A stretch of DNA of 64,000 bases. Origin: Lingula anatina. Taxonomy: Eukaryota; Animalia; Brachiopoda. Location: assembly GCA_051362555.1 (NCBI GenBank), contig CM120641.1, positions 16,678,001-16,742,000 of the forward strand, written 5' to 3'. This document shows, piece after piece, positions 12,213 to 26,209 of the stretch. A program made the translations under genes and the position numbers. The notes below the pieces were generated by a model that ran no database searches, was not told where the DNA came from, and was given only the letters and a program-made list of their open reading frames with translations. The stretch's first letter is position 1, and each line of letters begins with the position of its first letter.

Positions 12213-13049
12213 AAACAACACGATAAGCGATTGATCGATATTTGATATACGTAAGAACAAATAATTCCATGTTGCCTTTGTAGCTAATTAAAAATTAAAC
12301 TGGCTGCCGCTTGCAAAGTCGCAGGAAACGACACGCGCGGGCAAAGTATATTTTTTTACATGTAGTATCAGACTTGAGATGGAAATGTCAAATGGAATAT
12401 AAATGTAGTTTAGCAATTAATTGTACTAAGGAAAAGAAGGTTCGAGAGGAATGGAAACGTAGAAATTATTCTATTTCCGTTTAATGATGCAATTTTCACG
12501 GTGGTCTTGAACCAGCAGAAATATTTCTACGAGACACATTTAAATGCTCTTTCTTTTTTGTACTATGTTTATTTATTTATTTATATGTAAAACTACAATT
12601 TCGTGTCCTTTTCAATTTGTAATGATAATGGAATATTTGCATGCGATATGTTGTGAAAGCACCGGATGATCAGTACATGTTTCTCTTATTTGAATTTTAC
12701 GTCATTAAAACATGAGAAGCAATACCCCAATACCCAAAGCTCTGATTCACGAAAACAACTTTCAGAACTGACTGTTTATTGCAAATACGCAGTTATACAT
12801 AAAAAGAATTCGTCCTATTTATGACACGCATACAGCACACAAATATCTATGATTCGAGAAAAAATTGCACGATCATTTTGATATAGACCAGTTAAGAGGT
12901 TTACAAGTGCGACTCTAGAAAACTTTGCAGTTTAATTTGACACCTTGCATCATTCTATCATATCAGAAATGGCATACAAAGCAACTTGTTTCTCTTTCGA
13001 TAACAAACAATTGTTTCTCCAGACTCGCAGGAAGCAGAATATAAGCTTT

Positions 13050-13058
13050 TGTGTGTGT

Positions 13059-13089
<31 letters not shown>
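13050..13089. repeat. (TG)n microsatellite followed by poly(G)
   Basis: Direct sequence. Confidence 0.9.
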
Positions 13090-13654
13090 TAGTTGGGGGA
13101 GGGTAAGCATTCCGAAGGAAAAAAGATATTGTTATTGGACGGCAGACGTAAAATAATTTAGGTAGGCCCTAATGGCCCCCACAGCCTACCCCAACCCAGG
13201 TAAACTGGTACAAAATAAACAGACACGCCCATGTTTCGTGGATGTGCATAATGCGAATATGATTAATGGCTTACAGGTTGGACTCGAGTGGTTCCACTGA
13301 AAACCTGCTATTCATGAGACACACAAGCGACTGTTCTAGAGCCCTCTCTACAGTTTCAAACCATTTAAAACGGCATGGAAGTATTTAAGTTACGGCATAA
13401 GTTACATGCCAGTGGATATATACATGTACCTTTGTGAATGTGAATATCCTTGCATAAAATGCTCAACTCTGAAAATGATTCCTACAAATCGTACCATCCG
13501 TGGGTACCGAACACAAGCCGTCGGTTCAAAATGCTCACCTTTCATGGACTATCTAAACTTCCATAACATTTGGGCAGTTACCGGTATATGTGATTTGAAA
13601 ATCTCAGGGTTATCAACTATTCATGGTCCTTGTGGTGTTTTTCAGGCTCATGCA

Positions 13655-14290
13655 TAATTAATAATAATAATAATAAGTTTATTGAGCACTAAATGATATG
13701 AATACATTTGCAGGCTCACTAGACTACATTATTTACACAATATAAGGATATACATTTATATATGTTTACATATGCAGTATGCTAAATTACACGTGTTAAT
13801 GCTTGTTAGCGATTCACAGCATTATCGACAATTAGTGACGGTGATGCACTAAATTGCAACTATGTATTTTAACAGCAGTCTTTACAAATTCTATTATTTC
13901 TTTGAGACTTTTTTCACAGGGTGGATTAAGGAGAATTGACAATACCTGACCACTGTCCTCTAGACCCACTACATTGATTTTCAAGAGTTCATCATGCATT
14001 CGTTGCCTTTCAACAGTGTATCTTGCACATTCCGGGAGGAAGTGTTTTCATCCTCTACGCAGTTGCAAGCTTTACATTTTCTCTCATCAAGTGGAGTTTT
14101 AGGGTTTGTGTATCGGTCCCTTTCTATTGCCAGGTCGTGATCACTGCCAGTGGAGGAGACACTCATTTTGATGTATTTTTCACATTCATAAGATATTTTA
14201 ATTCTTTTGTATGTCCTTAATTGTTTGAGGTCCAGTTATTTAATTCCTGCCAAAACAGTTTTTCAATTTTTATGTTCAATTTTTCTACTA
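13655..14290 (-). mobile_element. 5'-truncated, degenerate non-LTR retrotransposon (LINE) 3' end
   Basis: Minus-strand fragment ...HDLAIERDRYTNPKTPLDERKCKACNCVEDE resembles the C-terminal Cys-motif region of LINE ORF2 proteins and is frameshifted. It ends in AATAAA plus a (TTA)n tail at ~13655-13683. Confidence 0.7.
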
Positions 14291-16515
14291 GGTTTTCTAT
14301 TCCATGTATTTTCATTGGGTGGTTGGACCACCTTTGCACACGATTAACAATTGCCCTGATATAGCGGTACTATTACGCGCTTACACCAGTATATGCAGAT
14401 AGAAAACTCGGCATGCGACACGTACAGTTTGCAGTCATGCCACGTTGTGATAGGGGTTACAGGTAGAAAGTTACAGGCTATGACATGAAAATGCCCAAAA
14501 AGGTACCCTAAAATGTTACATCTGACCAGCATGGATAGTATTGGGGAGGTTATGGTTCCAGAGTATTTATTAAAAAATTAATAAATAAATAAAGGGGTCA
14601 CTTTTAACGACAGTGATTTAATGTGAGATGCAGGCCTTATTCGCCCATTCGCTATGTTTTTTAAAATACAGCATTTTAATGTAGCAATAGCTCAGGTGGC
14701 TGGCCTGTCAGGACTGATACCATTATGAATTCATCTGTGTAAGCATTGTGGTGGTGTAACACGTGTTAGCACAAAGTCGACGGCGGTGGCAGTGTGATCG
14801 ATCACTGTACTCTCTAACTCACGTTAATGACATAGCGCACAGTTGCCGCGGTAAGGTGGAAGGAACGAATTTTATCGTGGTTTCGACACTATTTTGGTGG
14901 CCATTGTGAACTACACCTTACTCATTCTACCGTTCCTTTTATTAAATTATTCTTTCATGTAACCGTCACTTGACACTACAAGCCCCCTTGGGTGGTTTCA
15001 AATTTTATTATTTCTTATACTGTAACTCATCGAGTGCTCTTTATTTGGTATACGTGAGTCATATAAAGCGTATATATCAAATATAAAAAGTAGCTAATTT
15101 TGAGTAAACGATTATACGTAAGCCTTTGCTGCTGAATATTGAGTGGAGAAACTAGAAATTTGGGCGGGTAACATTACAGATTTCTTCTTCTTAAAGTGAA
15201 TGCACTACGTAATCGACAAAATGACAAAAGACTGGAATATATGCTAATATTCAGTTGTGTGTCATAATGTATTTTTAGAGTCGTTACAATTAGTTAAATT
15301 TCAGTAAATAGATCGTATCAAATCACCGCAAAGATTTTTAATAAGAAAAGAATAAGTCATAACTTATTTAGATTACTTATTTACTAAATAGTTCAAGCAC
15401 GCATGCCCTTTTAAAGAACTACAAAAGTTAAAGAAGTATTTTATCTTACTGGTTTACAGTCGTTGGGAGCATATTTTAAGTGTGGTAAGTGTGTGTATGT
15501 GGGGGTAACCACTAGAAGAAAATAAGTTACAGGGTAGTAAAATAACCTCAGTTCATAAGTAAACCGGACTTATCTCCTCCGATGCAGCAGGGGGTGATTC
15601 TTAGCGGGTCGGCCAAAAGGGCTGAAAGGGTTTTTTAGGAGTTCTCCTTGATCTTTAGCCACGAGGTTGGAGTCCTGTGTAGACGGTTCTTCTGAAATCC
15701 AGGTTTCGCCACGGTGTTACCACTGTCCCTAAGAGATGGTGCTGACAAGTTTTTCTTACGGCGTTTTGTTTTGTGGAGTCTTCGATCCTGTCTGGCTGTT
15801 GTTTTACGTACGACCAGTACTAATGTTTGGTCGCAGAACACTTCATCTACACAACTTGCCCACCTCTTTTAAAGGCTATATGACGAGGCACCGCCCCCTC
15901 TTTAAATGTGCTGCACAAACTTACAACTGCAAACTCCAGTACACGTAGAATATTATTTTTCTCCGATTTATTATATATATATGCCTTTAACAGCCTTGTA
16001 CCCCACTCAAGATATTTGTTCGATTTCTGCCACTTGGAGATTGTTTACCATTGCTACAGTCAGCTTTATAAATAGTTTTGTATCAGCTTTTAAATTGTTG
16101 GGATAACAATTTAAGATTACAATTGTGCCTGTAATTTTAATAATATGCCATCATTTTAGCAGGACTGCAATATGAATTTTTTCTTTAAATTATAGGCAAT
16201 TCCACTTTCCTTCTTATTAAGCAAAAAGCTAAATTGGCTAAATCTTTACACACCCCGGATTAAGAAGGAAAAGTCCCAATCCTATAACTATGGTTGGTTA
16301 AGTTGGAAGGTAGATAATGTTATGCGATTCATTGCCATACCACGCCCCATTTTCCATAGGGGTCAGATTTTAGTAAAATAGAAAATCGCTATCAAAATTT
16401 GTCCCCTTTTTGGTTATAATTTGCCGAAATATGGGTTGTGGCCCAAAGCCTAACAGAACAGTTTGTGATGCAGCGGGTTGGTCACAAGTGACAATGCAGT
16501 TCGTTAAAATGGAAT

Positions 16516-19500
16516 TCAAAACTCCGTTTGCGGTCTCTTCGCTAACCAATCAGCTATCTTTGGGAGAGCTTTAATGCGGCCAAGGAATGCTTGCAATTCG
16601 TCGCAATTTGCCATGCATTTGGGGAACTTAACCACCATCCCTGAACATTGATCGAAGACTGCTAGATCGGCAATGGAGAGCTGAATGTGAAAAGAAATAC
16701 AGTCAATTATTCGAATGAAAAACTACGATGAAATAAGAGTTTAGTTTTTAATATCTTATATATCTCACTTAATTTTGAAAAACTAAAAAATAAGACCACC
16801 ATTTTGAATATAAAAGTAAAAATACTGTACATCTTAATAATATGAGCAGCACAATACAATATTTCAAGACAAAGCCTTTTGTCTAACCTTGTCTCCTGCA
16901 AAGTATCCTTTGCCGCCGTCGTTGCTTTTTAAAAGTTTATTAAGGCGTTGCATGAATCCAGGCAGTGTTTCATCAGTTAACTTCTTTTCTTTCTCTGCCT
17001 AGGAAAAAGATGGAGGACCAATGAAGTCAACAGAACTATCACTTGATATTCGATTGGTTTGAAACAAAATTGGCCTTTAAAACCCTGGTCCCTTGTCCAA
17101 AATTCTATTACGGCACCATGGTTACCCCCCCCCCCCGGACAATCCCCCTCAAGACAGCCTCACCCCTATTCCAGGAAACAAAATACACAGCTTTTTCACT
17201 ATGTACTTGAGCCATTCACACATTTCTTGAATTTTTTACTGAATGTAAAAAAGAAGACAAAAAATTAAATAAAAACAATGATTGGATATTGATTATAAGA
17301 CTCGGTAGGCTCATTATACGCTTAAAAAGTGAGGTAACTTTAAATTTCAAGATGCTACAGATGCTTCAGGTGCATATTTGACATTACTAATAAAACAAAC
17401 ACTACACCATTTTATCCATTTTTCTACACAACTTTCACTTGATTAAGGGGAAGGGGGGTAAAACAGTTAATAGTACCAGTTCATCAAAGGGATTCCTAGA
17501 TGAGAGAGATTATTTGTTTAATCCGCCTATACCTGGAGATACATTTTGATTAAAGGCAGTCATTATTTTGTTTCAATATCACACTGTTCATGCTCAGTTT
17601 GATATTCATTACAGGAAGGGGAATTGCCCAAAGGGAATTGTCCGGGGGGAGGGATATCGGGGGGTAGGGGGATTGTTCTGATACCCTACATGTAATACAC
17701 TTCTTGTCACAGTTATCAACCATTACGTACACCAAACAGACCAGTCACTTAAATATGCTACCTTCTTTGCTTCATCTTGCTCGAAATGCCAGTCGATAAG
17801 AGACTTGGTCATATCCTCTAAAGTGTAAAGGACCTGGTCGATCATGGCACCGTCCATGGTACTATTTCCATAAAGCCCTAGAAAGAAAGAATTGAGTTGT
17901 AAAAAACACTGAAATAACTTTAAGGTGGCTAGACTTTGTACATGTAGCACAGCCGCTGCCTTTGATCAACGCTTAAAATTTGTTTCTGTAAGGTAATCTC
18001 TTACGTGTTTAAGCCTAGGTCCCAACTACGTTTTGGACGCACGGTTTTTAGGTTCCTTGCGTCCGACTAGGACGTAGCTATATCGCAGGGAAGAAATCAA
18101 GTAATTGGTGATAAGTTTCTACGTGCTGTTTGCGTCCTCCAAAAGTCGCACTATGGACGTGCTCCTCAGGCACGAATTCCCAAGTATGCCCCATTTTTTG
18201 GGCCGTAGACCACACGTAGCAGCCCGCACGTTCGGTTGGGACCTAGGCTTTACTAGTAAGCGAAAACTACAATGCAGAAAATCTTTGAACATCTGTCACA
18301 TTCCTTACCGTGTTCTCGTGCCACATAACGCGCCATAGCCAAACTCTGACCAATCTTCTTCCCGTCCACCTCCATGAATGGGCTCTGTCCGGTTGGGCTC
18401 ACTGTAAAATAAGTGAAATTATGTTAAACGGTAATACTTGACTATGACGCCTGGCCTGGTTGTCAGATCCATGCAGCTTCGTTATTTTTAAATTGCGTGG
18501 ATATGTGAAGATTTAAAAATGACGAATGCTGACTCGCACAGAATCTGAATCTTAGGGTCTAAAGCTAACAAGGCAGAATATGTAACTGGCATAGGGCTTC
18601 AGACCCATGAGAGTTGAAATTCACATATTAAAATGCCACAATGAGAAAATTCGAAATTTTACAAAAAAAGTGCACAAATTCAAGAAAAATAATGTTATCA
18701 AGCGGGCTTTCCAATAAGAGCTGTATGTCAATCCTAAGAATAATTCTTTAAGTTAGAAAATAATGTAACACGTTTTTCCTTTCAGAGCTTATTTAATTGC
18801 AATGCAAAATGTTTTACTCAATTGGGACGCAATATTATATAATGATTAACTACATAACATGGGCATGTAAAAATGTTGTGACTGCCATACGGCGTGTTTA
18901 TGCCATCGGGAGTTTAAGTCCCACACTGAAAATGCCAGTATGTGAAAAATGAACATTTCACAAAAATTGCATTTATTTCCACAAAAATAGTCCAATCAGG
19001 CTGCTTTAAGCTGTATTTTAGTCCTATGAATATTTTCTGTGAGTTTTGGAATCATAAGTAACATGGTTTTCTTTCAATGGTCATTATGACGGCAGTGCCC
19101 AAAATAGGGCCCGGTTTCTTCAATTTGATTCAAAATTACATAATGCTTAACAGCATAATGACCACCAATTTTAAATAGTTCATAAATTGGATATTCAGAA
19201 AAATATAATTAGCAAAGGCTTTCAGGCCCATGGAAGTTCAAAGTCACACCTTGAAATTGCTCTTATGTGAAAAATAATCATTTCACAAAAAACTTAACTT
19301 CCATAAAATTAGTACAATTAGACTGGTTTTTAAACTCAACCTGTATTTCAGTCCTTTGAATAGGGGAGTTGGACCCCGGGGTAAGTTGCCCCCCCCCCAT
19401 CAAGTCACTTTAATAAAGTTACTTAAAGATGCTAAATTATTTCATTTGGACTCACTGCCGACGCTTTCTTAGCACTATTGGATACGATCACTTTACAAAA

Positions 19501-19826
19501 TGATGTGATCAATTCTTTTACCCCATAGTTACTTTGTCATAAATTGATGGGGCCAACTTACCCCGGGGTCCAACTAGCCCCGGTCTCCCCTATATCGACA
19601 ATTATAAGTAGGCCTAACATGGTTTTCCTTTCATGGTCATTATGGCAGCTGCGTCCAAAATAGGGTTTTCTTCAATTTTGATGCAATATTACACAAAGCT
19701 AAACAGCATAATCACCACCATTTTGAATAATATAATAAAACATCTTGGATATTCAGGAAATGTGACTAGCAAACGCCTTCAGGCCCATGGAAGTCCAAAG
19801 TCACGCCTTGAAACTGACAAATGAAC

Positions 19827-19858
<32 letters not shown>

Positions 19859-21090
19859 AGAATGCATAACTACAAGGAAAAATCCAATCAGGCTGGTTTC
19901 TGAACTCGACCTGTATTTCAGTAATACTTATCACTCCTGTTAGTTTGAAGACAATAGTTCGAGGTCAGTGCGATATTTGTATTGCATATATGCTGAAAAA
20001 AGGCTAAAAATTTTTTTAATGGTCTGACCAAGCTGATTTACGAACTCGACCTGTATTTTATGAATATTAACTTCTGTAAGTTTGAAGACAATGCAAGTAG
20101 TTCAAACGGTTTTCCATTTATTTATTTATTCGTTGTATCTCTGGAAATGCACGGCGACGGCGAAGACAGCGAATGGCTATAAAAAGTCAGAAACCTAACG
20201 ATATCGAATGCATCTACCACTATTGGTTATATCTAAAATCCGTATGCTGTTTCATAGGTTAGATGTAAAATACTAAACTTCATCTACCTATCCCTTAAGA
20301 TGTCTAGGGATGTATAGTTCTGGGGAGTCTAGCCATCACCGCTAGCGTACCGGTGTCATGAAAATGACAGTCCGTGTGACAGAAAGTCCGCCCTCCATAT
20401 AGTTACAATGGTTAGGGTTAGTTTGATCTAAGCGGGTCAAAATCTAGGGCGAGACTCACCTGTATAAATGATTGGGAAGCGGACTCTCTGTCAAGGGGTA
20501 CATGATACCGGGTACTGTATATCGCAGAGATAATCACAAGCCTTGGAACAATGGCACGTCCGCTCTATCAAAGGTCAGCAGGGCGATGACATCATTTTCC
20601 CCAAAATATTTATCGCTCACAGTACAGAAAAGTGCAGAGATATAGCCAGAGAAATAAAAGTGAATATCAAGTGGAAATTGTTTACTGGGGCCATGGCAGT
20701 AGGTTTATAGGTATAAGATACATGGACCTAAGCGTAAAATGAGGTAATAGGGAATCATGCTTTGTTCCGTGATTGTGGTGCTCGCTGAACTTCCACTACA
20801 TGCACCAAGAAACGTACGAGCAGGTGCAATCTCTCTTCTCTATTGGATTAAGACTAGTATTTCAGGCGATGCAACAAATAAAGAATCAATTGAATGACTC
20901 AAATGTTTTATGAGAATCAGACATGTAAGATTACAAATGGAAATAACTCACGCTGCTTGTAGTTATTAAGCCAATCATCACGGTCTTTAAATCTGATGTC
21001 TTCATATTCCACACCGGCAGCAGCAAGCGCCAGACGGGTAATCTCTGCACGTCCTCGTGCGTTAAAATAATATACCTTGTAGCTCGGCAT
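16516..21090 (-). CDS. Glutathione S-transferase, sigma class (paralog 1), 5 exons, 207 aa
   Basis: Exons 21090-20952, 18401-18309, 17877-17762, 16998-16888, 16680-16516, all GT-AG and in frame (624 nt). Motifs [70 protein letters not shown]. Confidence 0.92.
18012..18249. mobile_element. MITE, PIF/Harbinger-like, in GST1 intron 2
   Basis: TIR AGCCTAGGTCCCAAC ... GTTGGGACCTAGGCT flanked by TTA direct repeats. Confidence 0.75.
18567..20185 (-). mobile_element. Helentron-associated (HINE/DINE-1-like) element with degenerate internal tandem repeats, in GST1 intron 1
   Basis: The reverse complement shares TTTTT-ATAGCCAT...GTCGCCGT, the AATATTCATAAAATACAGGTCGAGTTCG repeat unit and the 3' CTGCCTTGTT end with the elements at 59271-61533. 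Confidence 0.65.
19361..19592. mobile_element. MITE with TAGGGGAG...CTCCCCTA termini nested in the HINE-like element
   Basis: Inverted repeats GGACCCCGGGGTAAGTTG / CAACTTACCCCGGGGTCC with TA at both ends. Confidence 0.65.
20348..20511 (+). repeat. Dispersed short repeat family (further copies at ~23010-23180 reverse and ~50080-50175)
   Basis: Shared core TCAAAATCTAGGGCGAG..CTCACCTGTA.AAATGA..GGGAAGCGGACTCTCTGT in three places. Confidence 0.7.
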
Positions 21091-21207
21091 CTTGGAGGTT
21101 AACAAACGCAGCTAAGTAATGAAACAGAAGACAAGGTCTACACTTGCTACTCGTACAACCTGTGATTCTACCCTCAGTATCGGGGCGTATATGTATGTCA
21201 GAATAAG

Positions 21208-21217
21208 TGCTGACTCA
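21208..21217 (-). promoter_or_regulatory. Antioxidant-response element (Nrf2/Maf-type) upstream of GST1
   Basis: TGAGTCAGCA on the minus strand, ~118 nt upstream of the ATG; the paralogous site TGAGTTAGCA lies at 26341-26350 upstream of GST2. Confidence 0.6.
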
Positions 21218-21888
21218 CGACCTAACCCAATATCTACAAACATTGTACACCGTTGGTTTACTCTTTGGGGCCATTATATAGGTCACTCGATAGAGTCAAT
21301 ACTTTAAAGGATTGATATCACCTTGGCAGTGACAACGAGTCATTGGCACGTAGTCATTGGCCATGCAACAAAGAACAGAGAAAAACTCACTGAACAGGCG
21401 TCTATAACAAGATTGAGAAATGTTTTGCAATTTTTGCAATGATGAATTGATCAGTAATTTGTTTGGGTTTGCACATAAATATTACAAAAGCAGGCTATAC
21501 ATGTAGATTGTAGGACCTATGAGCATACGGGTCAAAATTATTATTGGTTTTTCGTTTCTAAATAGGTGTTCAATTACCTCTTATTTACATACTGTTAAAC
21601 AAACAGACATGCATATGTTACTCTTAGAAGGGGGTGCATGGTCATCAGGCGAAATATCAAGTGGTGTTTCACACCTTAACATGGGACAAAATGCATACTT
21701 TCCGTGTGTGAATATCTCCCAAAGTCATATAATTTCATATTTACCCACCCTGGAAAGCTTCTTATCTTTCTCAATCCAGACCCTACAAACGTTCAAACCC
21801 CTGATATATAAGTACCTGACGCCAGTATTTCCTAATTAGAAATTAGAATATCAAATACCAGTACAGGTACGGATTGAGAACAATATGG

Positions 21889-22527
21889 TTGGTGGTGCGA
21901 TATGATCTATATATACCTTTTACATAATTGCGAATGATGTACACAAGCAGGAATGTATGACATCAGCACTCAGACTGTATTTTGCGACTGAGATAAGCAG
22001 AATTTTTATGTGTACCCTTATTACCACACGACCAGGGTCCGATGTCACTGGAATGCATGAAGAACGTGGTGTGGGTCATTTGGAGTTGACATAGTTCGTA
22101 ACTGTCGATATTTGATAGAATAAAGTTCCTAAAACTGCCCACTGCCACATACTGGCGTTTTAGATTCGATCTTGGAAAACGAATATTTGCTAGAAATAGT
22201 GCGTATGTAAGAAAAATAGCTTATGCTCATAAAATTATCAAAAAATCCACCTACCCCAGTGGCAGATTTAGGGGGAGGGGGTCAGGGGGTCCTGACACCC
22301 CCTTCAGTTTCTGGAAAAAATATTCACTTCTTAAAATTAGAATTTTTACTAGCTAAAGCATAATTTTAAACTTTCCTGGGGCCTCCAGCGAGCCCCGAAC
22401 CCTAAGGGTGCTTTCTGCTTATCTCAGTCGCAAAATACGGTCTGAGTGCTGATGTCATACATTCCTGCTCGTGTACATCATTCGCAATTATGTAAAAGGT
22501 ATATATAGATCATATCGCACCACCAAC
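21889..22527. mobile_element. Foldback/MITE element with ~113-bp terminal inverted repeats
   Basis: 21889-22002 (GTTGGTGGTGCGATATGATC...GAGATAAGCAGAA) is the near-perfect reverse complement of 22414-22527. A second small element (~22257-22405) is nested inside. Confidence 0.8.
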
Positions 22528-22555
22528 GATCCAAAGATCCATCTAAAGATTAAGA

Positions 22556-22720
22556 TTTAGATCGACCTAACTCCCTGGGGGTTCACGCTAAATTGCAGTC
22601 AGTCGAGCGGGCACCATAGTTAATTACCCCCTTACAGCTTTTAGTAGGCGGGACAGACGCTTAAGCCGGCCAAGCTGACAGTTATCTAGTTAGACACCCC
22701 ACAGGGATAGATCGATCTAA
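22556..22720. mobile_element. Imperfect palindromic MITE-like repeat, related to 54283-54495
   Basis: TTTAGATCGACCTAACTCCCTGGGG ... CCCCACAGGGATAGATCGATCTAAA; a homologous copy sits in a METTL22 intron. Confidence 0.6.
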
Positions 22721-23932
22721 AAATCTATGGAAATGGGGTGTAAGCCAAGGGGGCGAGGAGCGGCTTTGCATCCCAGGCCTGTCATCCCTCCCCCCCCCCC
22801 CCCAAAAAAAAAAAAAATCAGACCCACTAAAAATAATCCTGTATCCGCCCCTGCACCCTTATATTCGTGTTGTACCCGCGTACCCCTCCTTGTACCTAAT
22901 CTTGAGTAGTGTACTAGGTGCAACCCAGTTGAATGTACTGAGTATAAACCCATTTTGGAATGTCTCGAAGTTCTTATTACACGTTTGAAACCTCGATTCT
23001 GTTCTATGGGCTGTTGTAACGTGGCAGAGTCCCCCATAACAGAGAGTCCGCTTCCCATTCATTTGTACAGCTAATCCTCGCCCTAGATTTTGAGCCACTT
23101 AGGTCAGGCTAACCCTAACGGTTATAACTAAATGGAGGGTGGACTTTCTGTTACACGGACCTTCACTTTCGTTACACCTGGCCATAATAAAATGGGCACG
23201 AAACAAGTTCCTGGAACGCTACCGAAGTGTCTCTCATCATGAGCAGAATTGGACAAATATAGCAGGTTGTGCAAAGTTCAAGCCAGTGGGCAACACGAGC
23301 TAAATTATGCATTTGACCATGGACCTGGTTTTTAGGTTCATATGGTTCGATTTATTGAATCTTATTCCCTAACATTTGTTGACCGGGAAACATGACCGAT
23401 ATCAGTCCCTAAATACGTTGTTCCATTAAACAAAGGGATCATCTGCCTCTTTACTGATAAAGTAATCCATTCAAGTAAATTTTTTAAGACCCGATTCCGC
23501 CCATCGCAGCCCGCTGTAGTACTCCTTGCTGTCCGCTCTAGTACTCGTATTGATGGCTGTTCAGGGAGATCTGTTTCAAAGCGAAAAAGCAGTTATTCGC
23601 CCCAATGTATGTAAGATGTGATTGCATCATCTCAAAACATGACATTGTTTTTCTCCCGCATTATCAAAGCAGATGAGGAATAAAGTAAGACGCACAGGAC
23701 CCTGTTAAACCTCGTGGGGGCCACTAGAATTAATTGTTTCCGAACTTTTCAATACAGCCAGATTTAAGTTTGTTAATAATGGACGCTTTTTTAAAAATGT
23801 ATTATTGTAGATTATGACAGGTTTTGTTTGATTGAGGGATATTTTAAGCAACATTTTTAAATCGCTCTGAGGATTCCTCTGCATAATACAAAGCAATGCT
23901 CATGTAGCTCGTTAGAAACAATTGTATGGATT

Positions 23933-26209
23933 TTAAAACTGCGTCTCCGGTCTGTTTGCCACCCAATTAGCTATATTTGGGATGGCTTTGATGCGGTCAA
24001 TGAACGCTGGTAAGGCAGTGCATTTGTCCATGCACTTTGGGAACATAGCTCCCCTGCCGGCACATGTGTTGAACACTGCAATGTCAGCAATGGAGATCTG
24101 GATGATAAAAGAAATAGTTATCAAAACTCGAACATATATATCACACGGAATGTTTTTTTAATTAGAATTGGACTCTTTTTGTGTGAACATCAGTTAAATT
24201 ATGAGCTCTACTTACTTCTGAAATGCCTGACCTATTTAATTAAAATAAAATAAAATAAAATCATTAAAAGAAGACACTTGCAGATTTAAATGGTATAAGC
24301 ATTATTCTGAAATACAATATTTCAGAAAAATCGTCTTTTATATTACCCCATCTCCTACAAAGAATCCTTTTCCGCCGTCATTATTTTTTAAAAGTTTGTC
24401 AAGGAGTTGCATGAATGCAGGAATGGTTTCTTCATCTAGCTTCTTTTTCTTCTCTTCCTAGCAAAAATAAATAAAGAAATAAATAAAAATACTAATAATA
24501 ATAATAATAATAAGATGGAGGACAAATAAACCCTGCAAAACTACTACCTGACGTTAGATTGGTATGAAAGTAAATTATCTTTAAAATCCTCTCCCCTTGC
24601 GCCACTTGCCACAGTTATCAATCATTGCATGAAGTAGACAGGAAACGTTAAATATGTCACCTTCTTTGCTTCATCTTGCTCAAAACGCCAGTCTATTAGA
24701 GGCTTGGTCATATCTTCTAAAGTGTCGAGGATTTGGTCGATCAAGGCACCTTCCCAGTTGTCTTTACCATACAGTTCTAAAAATAATAAAATGTTGATTG
24801 AGAGCACCATGATTGAAAAAATAACAATAAAAGCTTCCTTTTGTTTCCAACGTACTCGTATTAACATGAGCTTATCTGTATTCTACTCAATGCCAGGAGG
24901 CGTGTTACTTTGTTAATTTGATTGCATTCAGCGAGATTCCTTGCAGAGTTGGGCCATTCAACGTAGAGCGACAATTTCATTGGGAATGAACCCTTACTGT
25001 GTTCTCGTGCCACATAACGCGCTATAGCCATACTCTGACCAATCTTCTTCCCGTCCGCCTCAAAGAAGGGGCTCTGTCCGGTGGGGCTCACTGTAAAATA
25101 AGTGAAATTATGTCAAACGGTAATACTTAGCACGAAAATTCATGCGTTAGCACTCCTATTGACGATTCTGACACGTAGGCCTACTGGCTGTGATCAGGAT
25201 CGTCAATAGGAGTGCTAACGCATGGATTCTCGTGCTATATTTGACTGAGCGTCAGATCCGATGCACCTTCTTATTTTTTCAAATTTCTGGTTTTTTTTCA
25301 TGTATGGAGATTTATTATTATATAACAAAGGTGCTAAGCTTACTTATGCCCCGTTTCGGTCAATTCATATGCCCATCAGGTCCGTAGCCAGCAATTTCAA
25401 AAGGGGAGTTGTTTTTTTTTGAAAATGTGGACCTTTTACCATGAAACCTTCATATACCTAGATAAAATTTTACCCAAAGGGGTCCTTTTCCCAGCAAAAA
25501 GGGGGGTTCTTTCGACCCCCCCCCCCCCCCCCCCCCGACGGGCCTGCGCATAGCAAGGCTATACCCTCTACCAGGACCGCAGTTATTATTGTGGACATTT
25601 TCAACCCCTTGTAAGTTGTTCTAAGTTGCGTTGTGAGTTACATGGAATCTCATGATATGTTTAACTAGGCCGCATTTAATGACGAGTCGATCGAGGGTTC
25701 GTAGACGGAACTAAAGCACCTCTGCCTCAGCTATATAAAAGTCTAGTTTTTTGCTAACGGTAGGTAGGGGCAAATAATTGAATCTAAGAGTAAACCGAGG
25801 TATATGGACGTCATGCGATTAATAACGTACGTGAATGTAGGCCTACACCTGTGATAAGATGGCGCAGGCGACACGGTTCATTCAGTATTTCCTTTGCATA
25901 TGCAGCCACTACAAACAGTATATACACTAGTTACCGTGCGTTATTCTCTGCAGGGTTAGCTTTCAGTTCAAACAAAGAAACAATGAGCCAATGCCAAGAT
26001 AATGTATTAGAAATAAGCATTTAAACAATCGCTGAGCGATTATAAGCGTAAAGTGGCTCACAGTGCTTGTAGTTATTGATCCAGTCATCGCGGTCTTTAA
26101 ATCTGATGTCTTCATATTCCACACCGGCATAAGCAAGCGCCAGACGAATGACTTCTGCACGTCCTCGTGCGTTGAAGTAGTACAGCTTGTACTTCACGTC
26201 CTTCGACAT
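23933..26209 (-). CDS. Glutathione S-transferase, sigma class (paralog 2), 5 exons, 210 aa
   Basis: Exons 26209-26062, 25090-24998, 24776-24661, 24457-24347, 24097-23933. Exons 2-5 have the same sizes as in paralog 1 (93/116/111/165). [23 protein letters not shown] ... [10 protein letters not shown]. Confidence 0.92.
25128..25237. mobile_element. ~110-bp near-perfect hairpin (MITE-like insertion) in GST2 intron 1
   Basis: TAGCACGAAAATTCATGCGTTAGCACTCCTATTGACGAT ... ATCGTCAATAGGAGTGCTAACGCATGGATTCTCGTGCTA; absent from the homologous position in GST1. Confidence 0.75.
25377..25546 (-). mobile_element. MITE, CAGG(C/T)CCGTAGCCAG family (copy 1)
   Basis: Reverse-orientation homolog of 57211-57380; termini CAGGTCCGTAGCCAG ... 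CGACGGGCCTG. Confidence 0.75.

Noticed and set aside
11916-12270. ORFs with SLSLSL tracts
   Set aside because: Artefacts of the (GA)n microsatellite.
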